NCBI GenBank assembly: GCA_002269645.1
Contig: NIVC01002838.1
Location: 1-64,000, forward strand
DNA: 64,000 nt
Reading direction: 5' to 3'
Source: Macrostomum lignano
Taxonomy: Eukaryota
The position numbers and the translations under genes are program-made. The notes beneath the pieces are model-generated. The model was not told the DNA's origin. It saw only the letters and a list, made by a program, of their open reading frames with translations, and searched no databases. Each line of letters opens with the position of its first letter. Position 1 is the first letter of the stretch. This document shows positions 1 to 11,670 of the stretch, piece after piece.

Positions 1-789
1 TACAACTAGGAAAAGAAATATGAAAACACTTCTTGCAATGGGATTGGGATTGAGATGGAAGGAATACCAAGACCCAAGATCTAATAGTAAGATACATGAA
101 AGTTCGCAACTAAAATCAGGACCATTTCGTACCTATACTTACAACGAAATTGCTTTCATAGTACATAGCTTTCATATTACATCTATGAGTTTATTTAAGC
201 TGCAAAAATAGAGTACAATAAAATTAGATTATACCCTGTAGTGTAGATATCAGTAGAGATAGAACTAGAGCGATAAAGAGATGGCACAGATAAAACAATG
301 ATACAATGAAACAGGAGAGTTAATCACAAATATATATTTATTTTTACTTTTGACTACAGTTAACAGTAAGTCAGTAGTGGTATAACAGAATTGCTATGTA
401 AAAACTAAAGTGACGTCTTTACATAAAATTGTATGCTGATATGAGTAGGTAATCATTGTGATAATTGATTATTGGCGACTGATGCGTGGAGAATAATAGT
501 GTATTTATAAATTTTAAGCTTCCTCATCCAATCCAGAAGTTCAGACCATGTTACACGTAGCACATGTAAAATTATTACTGAGCGTAATTTTTTAAATCAT
601 CAACTGCAAGACTGAATGGGTCGAAAACGACAATCGTTATTTACCAGAAAGTGTAAATGAATCCATGGTTCTATCTGCTATTTCCGTTTCAAATTGTATG
701 TAAAATATAACTTAAGTTGTACCTGAAACTCAATGCATATCTTTTGCATTGTGGATTTTGCATGAGGAGTAAAAAGTGCTTGAAAATAC

Positions 790-1002
790 TATTGAGAATG
801 ATAATTGTTCAAAACCCCGAAAACCCGGTGGCCAAATCCGACCGAAACCCCGAACCCGGTACCCTTACCCCGAACCCCGAACCCGACCCGGAACACCTAC
901 CCCAAACCCCGAACCCGACCCGGAACACCTACCCCGAACCCCGAACCCGGTACCAAAACCCGACCCGAAACCCGACCCGACCCCGAACCCCGAACACCCC
1001 TA
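790..1002. mobile_element. Probable right end of a hAT-type DNA transposon: subterminal CCCGAA/CCCGAC repeats ending in ...CCGAACACCCCTA; other end outside the window
   Basis: Dense short CCCGA(A/C) repeats stop abruptly at CCCCTA (reverse complement TAGGGGTGTTCGG). This is the same layout as the TSD-verified hAT ends at 44348/49683. No matching left TIR or TSD in the window. Confidence 0.5.
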
Positions 1003-1249
1003 GTTCCAATTAATTAATAGCGCCAAAGGTGCACGCCTTGCTGCTGTTTGCTCACAAGAGCAGTAGCTCTTGCTTGATGCTCAATCTTTTAAAGAGATCA
1101 TTAATGAAGCATCACTACAAAACGTCAATTACGACGAATCATAATTTTTGTATAGTCAGTTGGTTGCTTAAATCGTAGTTCTTTTTCAAGAATTGTTGTT
1201 GACAACTATTTCTGGGCTTGATTATGAAGCTGTCCGCTCGTACTGAGTT

Positions 1250-2251
1250 TCACACTCCAAAGAAAATTTTATTGATGGTTTCTTCCGGCAGATTCGTATT
1301 AGAAACGGCCACGGCTCTGACCAAACCTTGCAGCATGTAGTTGCCGTTGTACCGCCAGCCCACGTGGACGCAGGCTCCGGCTTGGTTGAAGCTGTTCGTC
1401 CGAGCGAAGACGCCGGCAGTCGGTAGAAACTTTGCTCCATAGAAGAAGCGAGTCAGGTTCTGCTGCCTCCTGAATGAGACGCCAGCGATGAAGAACTCGT
1501 TCGGGTCCGAAGGCAGCACCGAGCCGGTCTGGAATCTGGCGAAGTAGCCCGGGTTCAGGAAGATTGCGCGACTCACTCCGGTCATCACTGAGTACTCAGC
1601 GAGGTGGTCGAGCATGCTGCCGGATCCGATGCAGCTGCTCAGCTCCAGAAAGATTGCTTTACCTGGCGTTCTCTTTAGGTGCAGCACCCAGGTGTAGGAC
1701 GCCGTGAAGTCCAGACCTGTGGGGTCGTCCACCCACAGCCGAGACGAGACTCCGTCCATGCGAGCGCCTTCGTTCGTCCACGAGACACCGCTGGACTTCA
1801 TGGGGTTCCTTTGTCCCTCGGAGCCGCACACCAGGTTCTCCAGCGCCGGTCCCCTGTCTCCGACCCACACAGCGCTGAAGTGCTCGTTCGCAGCGATCGC
1901 GTCGTACTCCGAGTCCACCAAGGTCTCGCAGATGCTCTCAGCGGCCACTCCGGCAGTCGGTGTCGTCGAGGTCATGTTGAGCAGGTGGCACACCTCTCCG
2001 AAGCGGAACAGCGCGCACGAGGCGTCTCGCTTGTTCCGTTGCACAACGCCGACGCTGCCGAGACGGAGAGAGCGACTGGACGAGAAACAGTTGATCATTG
2101 AGGCCGAGGGCTGAGGCTTCTGCCACACCGCCAACGACAAGTTCAGGCACTTACGCTTTGACATTTTCAGCTTCGTGAATTGGGGGCTCTTTTGACCATT
2201 GCAGTCGAGTAGCAGGGCACTCAAAACTATTAAGAAGAAGACAGTATTCAT
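1250..2251 (-). CDS. Secreted PAN/apple-like + ConA-like (LamG) protein, paralog A1 (333 aa, single exon)
   Basis: Intact ORF with hydrophobic signal peptide MNTVFFLIVLSALLLDCNG. LamG-like motifs EGARMDGVSSRLWV..LDFTASYTW, CVHVGWR and GLVRAVAVSN. Four other intact paralogs in the window. Confidence 0.88.
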   Translation of the reverse strand: MNTVFFLIVLSALLLDCNGQKSPQFTKLKMSKRKCLNLSLAVWQKPQPSASMINCFSSSRSLRLGSVGVVQRNKRDASCALFRFGEVCHLLNMTSTTPTAGVAAESICETLVDSEYDAIAANEHFSAVWVGDRGPALENLVCGSEGQRNPMKSSGVSWTNEGARMDGVSSRLWVDDPTGLDFTASYTWVLHLKRTPGKAIFLELSSCIGSGSMLDHLAEYSVMTGVSRAIFLNPGYFARFQTGSVLPSDPNEFFIAGVSFRRQQNLTRFFYGAKFLPTAGVFARTNSFNQAGACVHVGWRYNGNYMLQGLVRAVAVSNTNLPEETINKIFFGV

Positions 2252-2454
2252 TACAAGTGTCTTTTTAAAGCTTTATACGAATGTTTGATTTTGCGTCTCA
2301 TGAAACTCAATTTCAAAATTCATTTATTCATAGGGACGGAACTCAGGATTTTTTTGCTGAAAATGTTCCGATTGGCTGAGACAGTTTGCAGCTATTTGTA
2401 GACCATGGACAGCTGAAGCACACAGCACTTCTGTTGTCCCTATAAATGAGATGA

Positions 2455-3330
2455 GACGTGAGGGGCAGGGGAGCTGGAGTGTGTGTTGCAATGGGCAGAG
2501 GAGCTGGAGTGTGTGTTGCAAGGGACAGGAGAGCTGGAGTGTGTGTTGCAAGGGACAGGAGAGCTGGAGTATGTGTTGCAAGGGACAGGAGAGCTGGAGT
2601 ATGTGTTGCAAGGGACAGGAGAGCTGGAGTGTGTGTTGCAAGGGACAGGAGAGCTGGAGTATGTGTTGCAAGGGACAGGAGAGCTGGAGTGTGTGTTGCA
2701 AGGGACAGGAGAGCTGGAGTGTGTGTTGCAAAGGACAGGAGAGCTGGAGTGTGTGTTGCAAGGGACAGGAGAGCTGCAGTGTGTGTTGCAAGGGACAGGA
2801 GAGCTGCAGTGTGTGTTGCAAAGGACAGGAGAGCTGCAGTATGTGTTGCAAAGGACAGGAGAGCTGCAGTGTGTGTTGCAAGGGACAGGAGAGCTGCAGT
2901 GTGTGTTGCAAGGACAGGAGAGCTGCAGTGTGTGTTGCAAAGGACAGGAGAGCTGCAGTATGTGTTGCAAAGGACAGGAGAGCTGCAGTATGTGTTGCAA
3001 AGGACAGGAGAGCTGCAGTATGTGTTGCAAGGGACAGGAGAGCTGCAGTATGTGTTGCAAAGGACAGGAGAGCTGCAGTGTGTGTTGCAAGGGACAGGAG
3101 AGCTGCAGTGTGTGTTGCAAGGGACAGGAGAGCTGCAGTGTGTGTTGCAAGGAACATGAGAGCTGCAGTGTGTGTTGCAAGGGACAGGAGAGCTGCAGTA
3201 TGTGTTGCAAGGGACAGGAGAGCTGCAGTGTGTGTTGCAAGGGACAGGAGAGCTGCAGTGTGTGTTGCAAGGGACAGGAGAGCTGCAGTGTGTGTTGCAA
3301 GGAACATGAGAGCTGGAGTGTGTGTTGCAG
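2455..3330. repeat. 30-bp minisatellite (GGGACAGGAGAGCTG[G/C]AGTGTGTGTTGCAA), ~29 units
   Basis: Tandem unit read directly. It explains the six repetitive ORFs at 2324-3483. Confidence 0.95.
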
Positions 3331-4199
3331 AAACTCACCATAGAGTGGAGAGCAGAGCAGCCAGCAGCCACGAATTTTAAGAAGAAGATTAAAGAAATTG
3401 CCCGAGAGTTGGTGACGCGCCAGCGACCACCGACTGTTTCCCGGCATCAGACACGCGTTATCAGTCACAACGGAGCACAGCAATAATTTATTTATTCAAG
3501 CGTCAATTGTATTCTTGCCAAGACAGTTCTCTGGAAAACCTACAGAGATGCAACAGCTTGCGAAACTCTCACGGAAGCCACTCGCTTGCAGGAATGCAGG
3601 AGCAGAGGCATGCATGAGTTGGGCTCACAAGCAAGATGCTGTGAAGCCTCATTGGCTTCTAACCCTCATCAAACATCCGCTGTGAAACCAAATTTGAGCC
3701 CAGCAGCTTCAAACGTAAAGACTTCGACGTTTTTTCGAAAATAAATTTTACCTAAAGCATTTTCAGAGAAAACTCAGCTCTAATGGGAAGCTAGAGTGCG
3801 TTGAAAATGATTAATAAACACCTGCATAGGTTTAGCACTAGCCGGGATAATTTTTATTATATAATCTTGTATTTATAAAAAAATAACCTCGTTGCAGATC
3901 TCCGTTGCAGATCACTTAATCAGAACTGGGACTCCGGCAAACCGTGGCCATAACAGCAACGTTTTCAAAAACCATGTAGGTCTGGGTAATGCATGGGTAC
4001 GGATACGCCAAAAGTTTTAGCAAAAAGCTGACTGCAAGCAAGAAACCGCTTAGTCACTCGCGACATTTTGTGCCCTATAAAGCCCCAAATTCAGGCCCTT
4101 AATGGCGCCGTGGTACTGATCCGAAGCCGGGATTTTCCATCTAACTAGTCCACGCTTAACGCCAACTTGTCAACAACAACAATACGAGCAACAACACCA

Positions 4200-5527
4200 G
4201 TGGGAAGGCACTCGTCTCCCCACCAAGAGAGAAGTCCGCTACATTGGCGTCTGGATAGACGATGGCCTTACCTTCAAGCGTCAGGCGGCCGAAGTTGTTT
4301 CGAAGATGCACCGCCGATGCAGCATCCTCCGCGCCCTGGCCCCCAGAGAGTGGGGCTGGGACTGCAGCACCCTCCGCACTGTCTACAAGGCAGTCGTCGA
4401 GTCCGTCGCTTGGCATGCGGCCGCGGCTTGGATGCCTTGGCTGCCCAAAACGCCGTTTGGAGGAGCTGGAGCGAGCACAGCGAGAAGCCCTAAGACTTGT
4501 TACCGGCCTGCCAAAGTTAAACTCCTGTGCGGCTGTCTATAAGGAGGCAAATTGCGATCCTATTAGCGCCGAGGCCAAACAGAGAGCCCTCACCGCCATT
4601 GAAAAGTCCAAAAGAAGACGGTTAGCAACACCTGGCGCCAGATTTGCGAGCGCGAAACCGATGTCCGCCTCAAAGCTAACCGGGGACTCCGTGAGCAAGC
4701 CAGCAAAATTCTGGCCAACCTCCTCCCGTTCGAGAGGCTGCCGAACTCCTGGATTCGTGCGCCCCAGGGGAGGCGCTTAATGGCTTGAAGCGACTCCGCC
4801 TCTTCCCCGAGCTCCTCCGCCACTGCAGCAAGTCCGAAGACATCCAGGCCAGGCGTGACCTCATCGAGGAGATCCGCAGAAAGTGCCTTCCGGACACCTG
4901 CTACTACAACGATGGATCAGCCACCAGCGGTACTCAGCTTGGCGGGGCGGCCTGGATACTGTACTGCAGCCGCCATGACCTGATCATTCGTTCGGGGCGT
5001 GCTGCGGCCTGCAGATGGTGCAGCTCCTTTGTAGCTGAGCTCCGGACCCTTTGACTGGCCCTGGGCGACATATTAACGGAAGAACCGCCGAAAGCAACAA
5101 TCCTGACTGACAGCCAGGCCGCCATCCGAGCCATCCAAGCCGACTGCACCACTACGAACAGCCTCCTAGAACACTCAAGAATCTCATCCGACGTGCTATC
5201 CGGGTCACAGCCATTACCATCCAGTGGATCCCTGGGCACGTGGGCGTTAGCGGAAATGAGCTGGTCGACCTGGAGGCCAAGCGGGCCGCGCGCCTGCCTC
5301 AACAGCACATCCCCCTTGCGCTTGCTGCGTCCAAGAACCTACTGCGCAGGTCCGTCGGGTACCAGCCCGTCCTTGAGGGCCACCTGGAAGCAGTTTACTC
5401 GGGGCGCATCACCTTCCATGATGGCACCAGAAACCAGAAAGTCCTAGTCTCGCAGGTCCGCGCCACTGCTGGCCACTGCCCGGCGTCGGTCTACTACAAG
5501 AAGCGCATCGGGACGACAAACGATGCT
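4200..5527 (+). mobile_element. Degenerate non-LTR retrotransposon fragment: RT C-terminus plus RNase H (I/Ingi/Loa-like), truncated at both ends
   Basis: Frameshifted translation gives EVRYIGVWIDDGLTF..LRALAPREWGWDCSTLRTVYKAVVES, then RNase H motifs YYNDGSA, FVAELRTL, ILTDSQAA, IQWIPGHVGVSGNELVDLEAK, then GHCP..YKKRIGT. Confidence 0.85.
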
Positions 5528-5867
5528 CCCCTGTCTCCGACCCACACAGCGCTGAAGTGCTCGTTCGCAGCGATCGCGTCGTACTCCGAGTCCACCACGG
5601 TCTCGCAGGTGCTCTCAGCGGCCACTCCGGCAGTCGGTGTCATCGAGGTCAAGTTGAGCAGGTGGCACACCTCACCGAAGCGGAACAGCGCGCACGAGGC
5701 GTCTCGCTTATTCCGTTGCACAACGCCGACGCTGCCGAGACGGAACGACCGACTCGACACGAAGCAGTCGAGCAGGAAGGCGGAGGGTCGCGGCAGTTGC
5801 CACACCGACAGCGACAAGTTCAGACACCCCTGATTGACTTCTTTATATTTAGTAATGCTGGAGAACT

Positions 5868-8800
5868 CCCGTCGAACTTTTCACCCGGAATTTCGCCCGG
5901 AATTTTTTGCGTTCACCCGGAATTTTTTCATATTCCAGTAATGCAATCCGATCCGGGTGGAAATTCCGGATCTGTAACGAAAGTTTACAGAATCCGGGCG
6001 AATTTTCCGGATCAAAAAGAAAAATTCCGGAAAATTGACCCGGATCAATAAAAAAATTCCGGTGACAGTTCCGGGCGAATTCCGGGCGAGTGAACCGGAT
6101 CTGCAGCCGAATCCGGGCTAATTCCGGGCGAGTGAACCGGATCAGCACACAATTCCGGGCGAGTGAACCGGATCAGCACACAAATCCGGGCTAATTCCGG
6201 GCGAGTGAACCGGATCAGCACACAATTCCGGGCGAGTGAACCGGATCAGCACACAATTCCGGGCGAGTGAACCGGATCAGCACACAAATCCGGGCGAATT
6301 CCGGGAGAGTGAACCGGATTAGCACACGAATCCAGGTGAATTCTGGATGATTGAACCGGTTTTTCAGCCAAATCTTGGGCTTATCACAGTAGCAGAAAAT
6401 TAAATAAAGAACGGGTCATTGTTCCATACATTTTCCACGACTACGAATAGAATCGAATTCGATTTAGCCGTCCACGAACAGAAATACTGAATTCAGTTGT
6501 GCACAACTGCAAATCGTATATTTCTATGCACTTCTACGTACTTTCAGAAACAAAAAATGCTGACCTTCTGAATGTCACTCGGATGGGCAGCTGGACTTCG
6601 ATGCTACCATTAACTTTTTTGAAGCCGTATACGGTTTTATATACCTTATCGCGACATTGGCTGCTCTTCAGGGATCCCCATCGCCTACCTCTGATTGCAT
6701 CTGTCAGGTGGGTCACTCACTATACAGCTAATTAGCTAGTTAACTCAAGTCAGCTGACTTGTCTATTCACTTGCTTAAGAATTGTAAAGATCTCCGCAAA
6801 AATTAAGGAACGACTTTTGTCTCATTTTCCAGGACCTATCAGGGCTCATAAATGTAGACAGCCAATGTCTCGAAGAGCGTTTCTAATGAAATCAAATCCA
6901 GCAAATTTGGCCTTAACAAAAAGCTAGAAATTAATTGCAAATAAATGCGGTGGTGGTGTTATGCACTCGATCTTGGACATCGCCCGCATTTCACTCCTCG
7001 AGTAGCTCGCCGTCTGGAAATATATGTTTCCAGAAGTCGGCCCCTCATTTTCGGCAGCACTGGCGATTCGTCGCGCCTTCACCTGGTCTTCTTTTGCCGC
7101 TCTGCGGCTGGCCGAGATTGAAAGAGCACTGCCTGGCTTCTCGCCACGGTCGTGTCGGATTCCGACGAGCTCGTAGCGGAGATACTTCCAACCGAAGAAC
7201 TTCAGCTTTCATCTGACGATTTTCGGCTTGAGCCTCCGACAGCTTTTCACGAACTCCGCTCAATTGATGGCCTATTAAGTACATAAAAATGAGGAGAGTG
7301 GCGAAGCAGATTCAAACTTAAGAATCGACAACACTTATATATATACGAGGCTGCTAACGTCTTCTAGTATATGCATAAAAAACTTACACAGTTCGTCCTC
7401 GGCTTCGCCTTGGGCCCGAATCTGATCCATCATTGTGGTGCATGACGGGCATCGTGACGGCTGCGGTTGCTGCGACGGCACACGCGCCAAAGCAGTCGCT
7501 TCAATCGCTTGGGCCTTTCTATCCAAAGGCCCCTTCCAGAGAGTGGCGGAATACCGGGATCCGGTACTCTTGTTAGCAGCCGTGACAACGTGATCTGCTC
7601 ACGGCTGGTGCAACTGCAAACGCCTTAGACAAACCAATGGAGCATGCACCGACAAAAATCGGATTAGCGTCTGTCTTAATAGGAAAGCTGCTTTGCATAC
7701 TGGGCCAGTTAGAGCTATTTGGAACTATGCCACAGTCTCCGTCTAGACACCCAGCTGTGCCAAACAATATGGTTGGCTGATTTTATGCTTCTAAGCGTCA
7801 AATATGACGATAGAATCATTCAGCCCGTTGACACACTAAGCAGCTGTGATAGACTACATGCCAGTGGAAGTCAAACCTCTTGCACGCAACAATTTTTCAA
7901 TTGTCACCTTCAATTGTACGGAGGATGGGCTCAGCCTCACATTACGGACGCTACAGTGCCGCCGTAAAGCAGATAAGTTGTCTCATCAAAGCGAGGCTTT
8001 ATTACCCCTCGCAGGTCAGCTTAGCAGCTGCCTTGAGCCACAACAGAAGCGAGGATTGATTATCCCTCGCAGGTCAGCTTAGCAGCTGCCTTGAGCCACA
8101 ACAGAAGCGAGGATTGATTATCCATCGCAGGTCAGCTTATCAGCTGCCTTGAGCCACAACAGAAGCGAGGATTGATTATCCATCGCAGGTCAGCTTATCA
8201 GCTGCCTTGAGCCACACGATATGGTTACCGACCATAGTAGTCCGTATAGACTACTCTAGACGTGATCTGCTCACGGCTGGTGCAACTGCAAACGCCTTAG
8301 ACAAACCACTGGAAGCATGTACCGACAAAAATCGGATTAGCGTCTATCCTAATAGGAAAGCTGCTTTGCATACTGGGCCAGTTAGAGCTATATGGAACCA
8401 TGCCACAGTCTCCGTCTAGACACCCAGCTGTGCCAAACAATATGGTTGGCTGATTTTATGCTTCTAAGCGTCAAATATGACGATAGAATCATTCAGACCG
8501 TTGACACACTAAGCAGCTGTGATAGACTACATGCCAGTGGAAGTCAAACCTCTCGCACACAATCAGGGCGCAACAATTTTTCAATTGTCACCCGTACGGA
8601 GGATGGGCACAGCCGCACATTACGGACGCTACAGAGCCGCCGAAAAGCAGATCAATTCACATTGCAATTTCGAGGCTTTATTACCCCTCGCTTTCCAAGA
8701 GGAAATAGCGCCGTTGACCGAATGGATGTCAGGGATTGCCTGATGGGATAGCCATTTGCTGGGGTCTGTATTCAGCGGTTTTCCATCGGAGGCTTCCTCT

Positions 8801-9240
8801 CAAAATCCCCATGGTACTTGTATAATGGATGCCGGATTGATTCCGACTCAAGTCCCGAAATTTTCCCGGATCAGCTTCGCCCGGAATTTGGCTGAAATTC
8901 GGGTCAAGGGAGCTGATCCGGGTGAATTTTCTGGATCATTTGGTCCGGATCACTGGAGAATTCCGACTGAAGTCCCGAAATCTCACCCGGAACATTTTCA
9001 CCTGGAACACTGCTGAAATTCGGGTGTACACCCAGAATTCCATAGTGTTCCGGGTGAAAAATTCCGGAAAATCCAACCGGAACAGCTTTCCTTTTCCCGA
9101 AATTTTACCGGATCTTTTTCCGGAAAAAGGGGCTGTTCCGGGCCAAAAAAGCTGATCCGGGCGTTCACCCGGAAATCAATTAAAAATCGGGCCCGGATCA
9201 CAAAATTCCGGAAAAAATTCCGGGTGAAAAGTTCGACGGG
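5868..9240. mobile_element. Non-autonomous DNA transposon, 3373 bp, 26-bp TIRs (CCCGTCGAACTTTTCACCCGGAATTT), 2-bp TSD CT; CMC/EnSpm-like
   Basis: Perfect inverted termini at 5868 and 9240, and CT on both flanks. Long subterminal arrays of CCGG-containing repeats (5868-6360, 8830-9240). No transposase ORF seen. The superfamily is inferred from CCC termini, 2-bp TSD and subterminal repeats. Confidence 0.82.
7590..8690. repeat. Internal ~420-bp direct duplication (7590-8012, 8262-8690) separated by four 58-bp tandem units (7993-8217)
   Basis: GTGATCTGCTCACGGCTGG occurs at 7590 and 8262. GCAGGTCAGC recurs at 8011, 8069, 8127 and 8185. Confidence 0.9.
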
Positions 9241-9625
9241 CTTTTGGCATTCGCAGCTGGTGCAGAAGACGGTCAGAGCTGCCAGAACCGCCGCCAGGGC
9301 TGCCTTCATGTTTAGCATGGCGGTTTGAAGGATTATTTCAGTAACTATTCAGTAACTAAGGACTATTCGGTAGTACGGTGAGGAACGGGTGCGGTTTTCG
9401 TTTTGGGAATCGTTTTTAAAGGTGAAATTGGCTCGACTCTGATTCGCTCTTAGACTTGTAGCAAATCTTGCGATTATTTCCACAACTTCGTCAGGCTATA
9501 ATTTTTTATCATAAAACTAATTGGTAACAGTCTTTGTCCGTTAATTCGATAGTTCACCAGCATGCTGTCAATCTTCTATGCGAGATTAATGTCAGGGACT
9601 CAAATATAAACACTTGCGTCACAAG

Positions 9626-10650
9626 TTTGTCCGCACACGGAGATATTTTGTCCGCACACGGAGATATTTTGTCCGCACACGGAGATATTTTGTCCGCACA
9701 CGGAGATATTTTGTCCGCACACGGAGATATTTTGTTCGCACACGGAGATATTTTGTCCGCACACGGAGAAGTTTTGTCCGCACACGGAGATATTTTGTCC
9801 ACACACGGAGATATTTTGTCCGCACACGGAGATATTTTGTCCGCACACGGAGATATTTTGTCCGCACACGGGATATTTTGTCCGCACACGGAGATATTTT
9901 GTCCGCACACGGAGAAGTTTTGTCCGCACACGGAGATATTTTGTCCACACACGGAGATATTTTGTCCGCACACGGAGATATTTTGTCCGCACACGGAGAT
10001 ATTTTGTCCGCACACGGAGATATTTTGTTCGCACACGGAGATATTTTGTCCGCACACGGAGAAGTTTTGTCCGCACACGGAGATATTTTGTCCACACACG
10101 GAGATATTTTGTCCGCACACGGAGATATTTTGTCCGCACACGGAGATATTTTGTCCGCACACGGGGATATTTTGTCCGCACACGGAGATATTTTGTCCGC
10201 ACACGGAGAAGTTTTGTCCGCACACGGAGATATTTTGTCCACACACGGAGATATTTTGTCCGCACACGGAGATATTTTGTCCGCACACGGAGATATTTTG
10301 TCCGCACACGGAGATATTTTGTCCGCACACGGAGATATTTTGTTCGCACACGGAGATATTTTGTCCGCACACGGAGATATTTTGTCCGCACACGGAGATA
10401 TTTTGTTCGCACACGGAGATATTTTGTCCGCACACGGAGAAGTTTTGTCCGCACACGGAGATATTTTGTCCACACACGGAGATATTTTGTCCGCACACGG
10501 AGATATTTTGTCCGCACACGGAGATATTTTGTCCGCACACGGGGATATTTTGTCCGCACACGGAGATATTTTGTCCGCACACGGAGAAGTTTTGTCCGCA
10601 CACGGAGATATTTTGTCCGCACACGGAGATATTTTGTCCGCACACGGAGA
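9626..10650. repeat. 21-bp minisatellite (TTTGTCCGCACACGGAGATAT), ~48 units
   Basis: Tandem unit read directly. It is the source of the HGDILSA-type ORFs. Confidence 0.95.
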
Positions 10651-11544
10651 AAGTTTGTATACTGACTTCAACCCAGTTTCCTCAGTAAACCGTGTAATGT
10701 CGAAATTTCTATAAAAATGCTGCTTGCTTTAAAGAAAATAAAAAGATAGTTTCTGTGACTGTTGAATTTGTTTTGTAGCTCAATGAAAGTCTGTGAGAAT
10801 ATTGTCTGCTTTTGTTTCCTAATTCTTTAAAAACTTCAATTTTTATTACGTGATTGTATTTTTTTCAATTTGTTAAGCACTTCAAGAGCGAACTTTAATT
10901 GAAAATTTCATTTTGCAATATTCCATTCTGTTTACTGGAAGTAGAGTGTAAGGAAAACGGTACTGTTTTTTATTAGTAGAGACAGGAGGCTGTGTGCGCA
11001 TTGTCGCACAGCCGGCGAGAGGCATTACTACGAGCAGAGGCACACACTCACACAGGAGTGTACAGCGGCCCTAACTTTATTTATCGTCAGACATGTGCAC
11101 TTCACTGTGCTTTGGAGTTGGCCCTCAAAGCCGTTAATATCACGAGCAGAGGCAATTAAGCCAAAGTTAATTTGACTGCACTTGGAATCACGCCCCCCCC
11201 CCCGAAATAAAATTGGTACGATAATTTTGTTTTGTCAGTCAGCTGAGCATTGATAGTTGAGTCTATTAACATAAAAACATTTTTTATTGTCGCTAAACCT
11301 ATTATTTATATCGCTACTTTTTGTGAGTAGCGATCTCCTACTCTTTACGTAGCCATATCAGATCGATACGACACCCAACTCAGGTCACTTCATCCTTGGA
11401 GCGACATATGTCATCGATTGCTGTTAGCCTGTACCACAATTCAAACAGGCATGCGGTATGATTTTCTCAACTCTCCTTTTGATACCAATATGATCGCAGT
11501 GTTTGACTTTGCTCTGCCTCTAAAAAAATAATAATAACTGGTTG

Positions 11545-11670
11545 CACCTGCCCTAATGGAGGCTGCTGCAAACGACAGCTCAGCCGCAACTGTTGCGTGA
11601 CGCATCTGAAAGCTGCGTACGACTTGACTTGCGGGACTGATACAAGAAGCCAGTCCTTCGGGGGCAGCCG
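11545..11670 (-). mobile_element. 3' fragment of the SINE family seen at 31720-31976
   Basis: ACAGCTCAGCCGCAACTGTTGCGTGACGCATCTGAAAGCTGCGTAC closely matches 31746-31790. Confidence 0.55.

Larger units (their letters stand above)
5527..9318 (-). pseudogene. Sixth paralog (subfamily C) of the secreted LamG-like family, split by a transposon and 3'-truncated
   Basis: 9318-9241 encodes MLNMKAALAAVLAALTVFCTSCECQK. 5865-5527 continues in frame as FSSITKYKEVNQGCLNLSLSVWQLPRP...SAVWVGDRG once 5868-9240 and one copy of the 2-bp duplication are removed. Confidence 0.88.

Noticed and set aside
1659-2150. Antisense and alternative-frame ORFs over each paralog (also 12983-13546, 20270-20849, 32534-33498, 39343-39778)
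   Set aside because: By-products of GC-rich codon usage; they are conserved only because the sense gene is duplicated.
2324-3483. Long ORFs in six frames (also 9534-10714, 14907-16291, 57294-57939, 59642-60294)
   Set aside because: They are translations of stop-free minisatellites; the peptide period matches the DNA unit.
6960-7045. BEN-domain-like peptide (FWKHIFPDGELLEE)
   Set aside because: Flanked by stops and too short to assign by eye.
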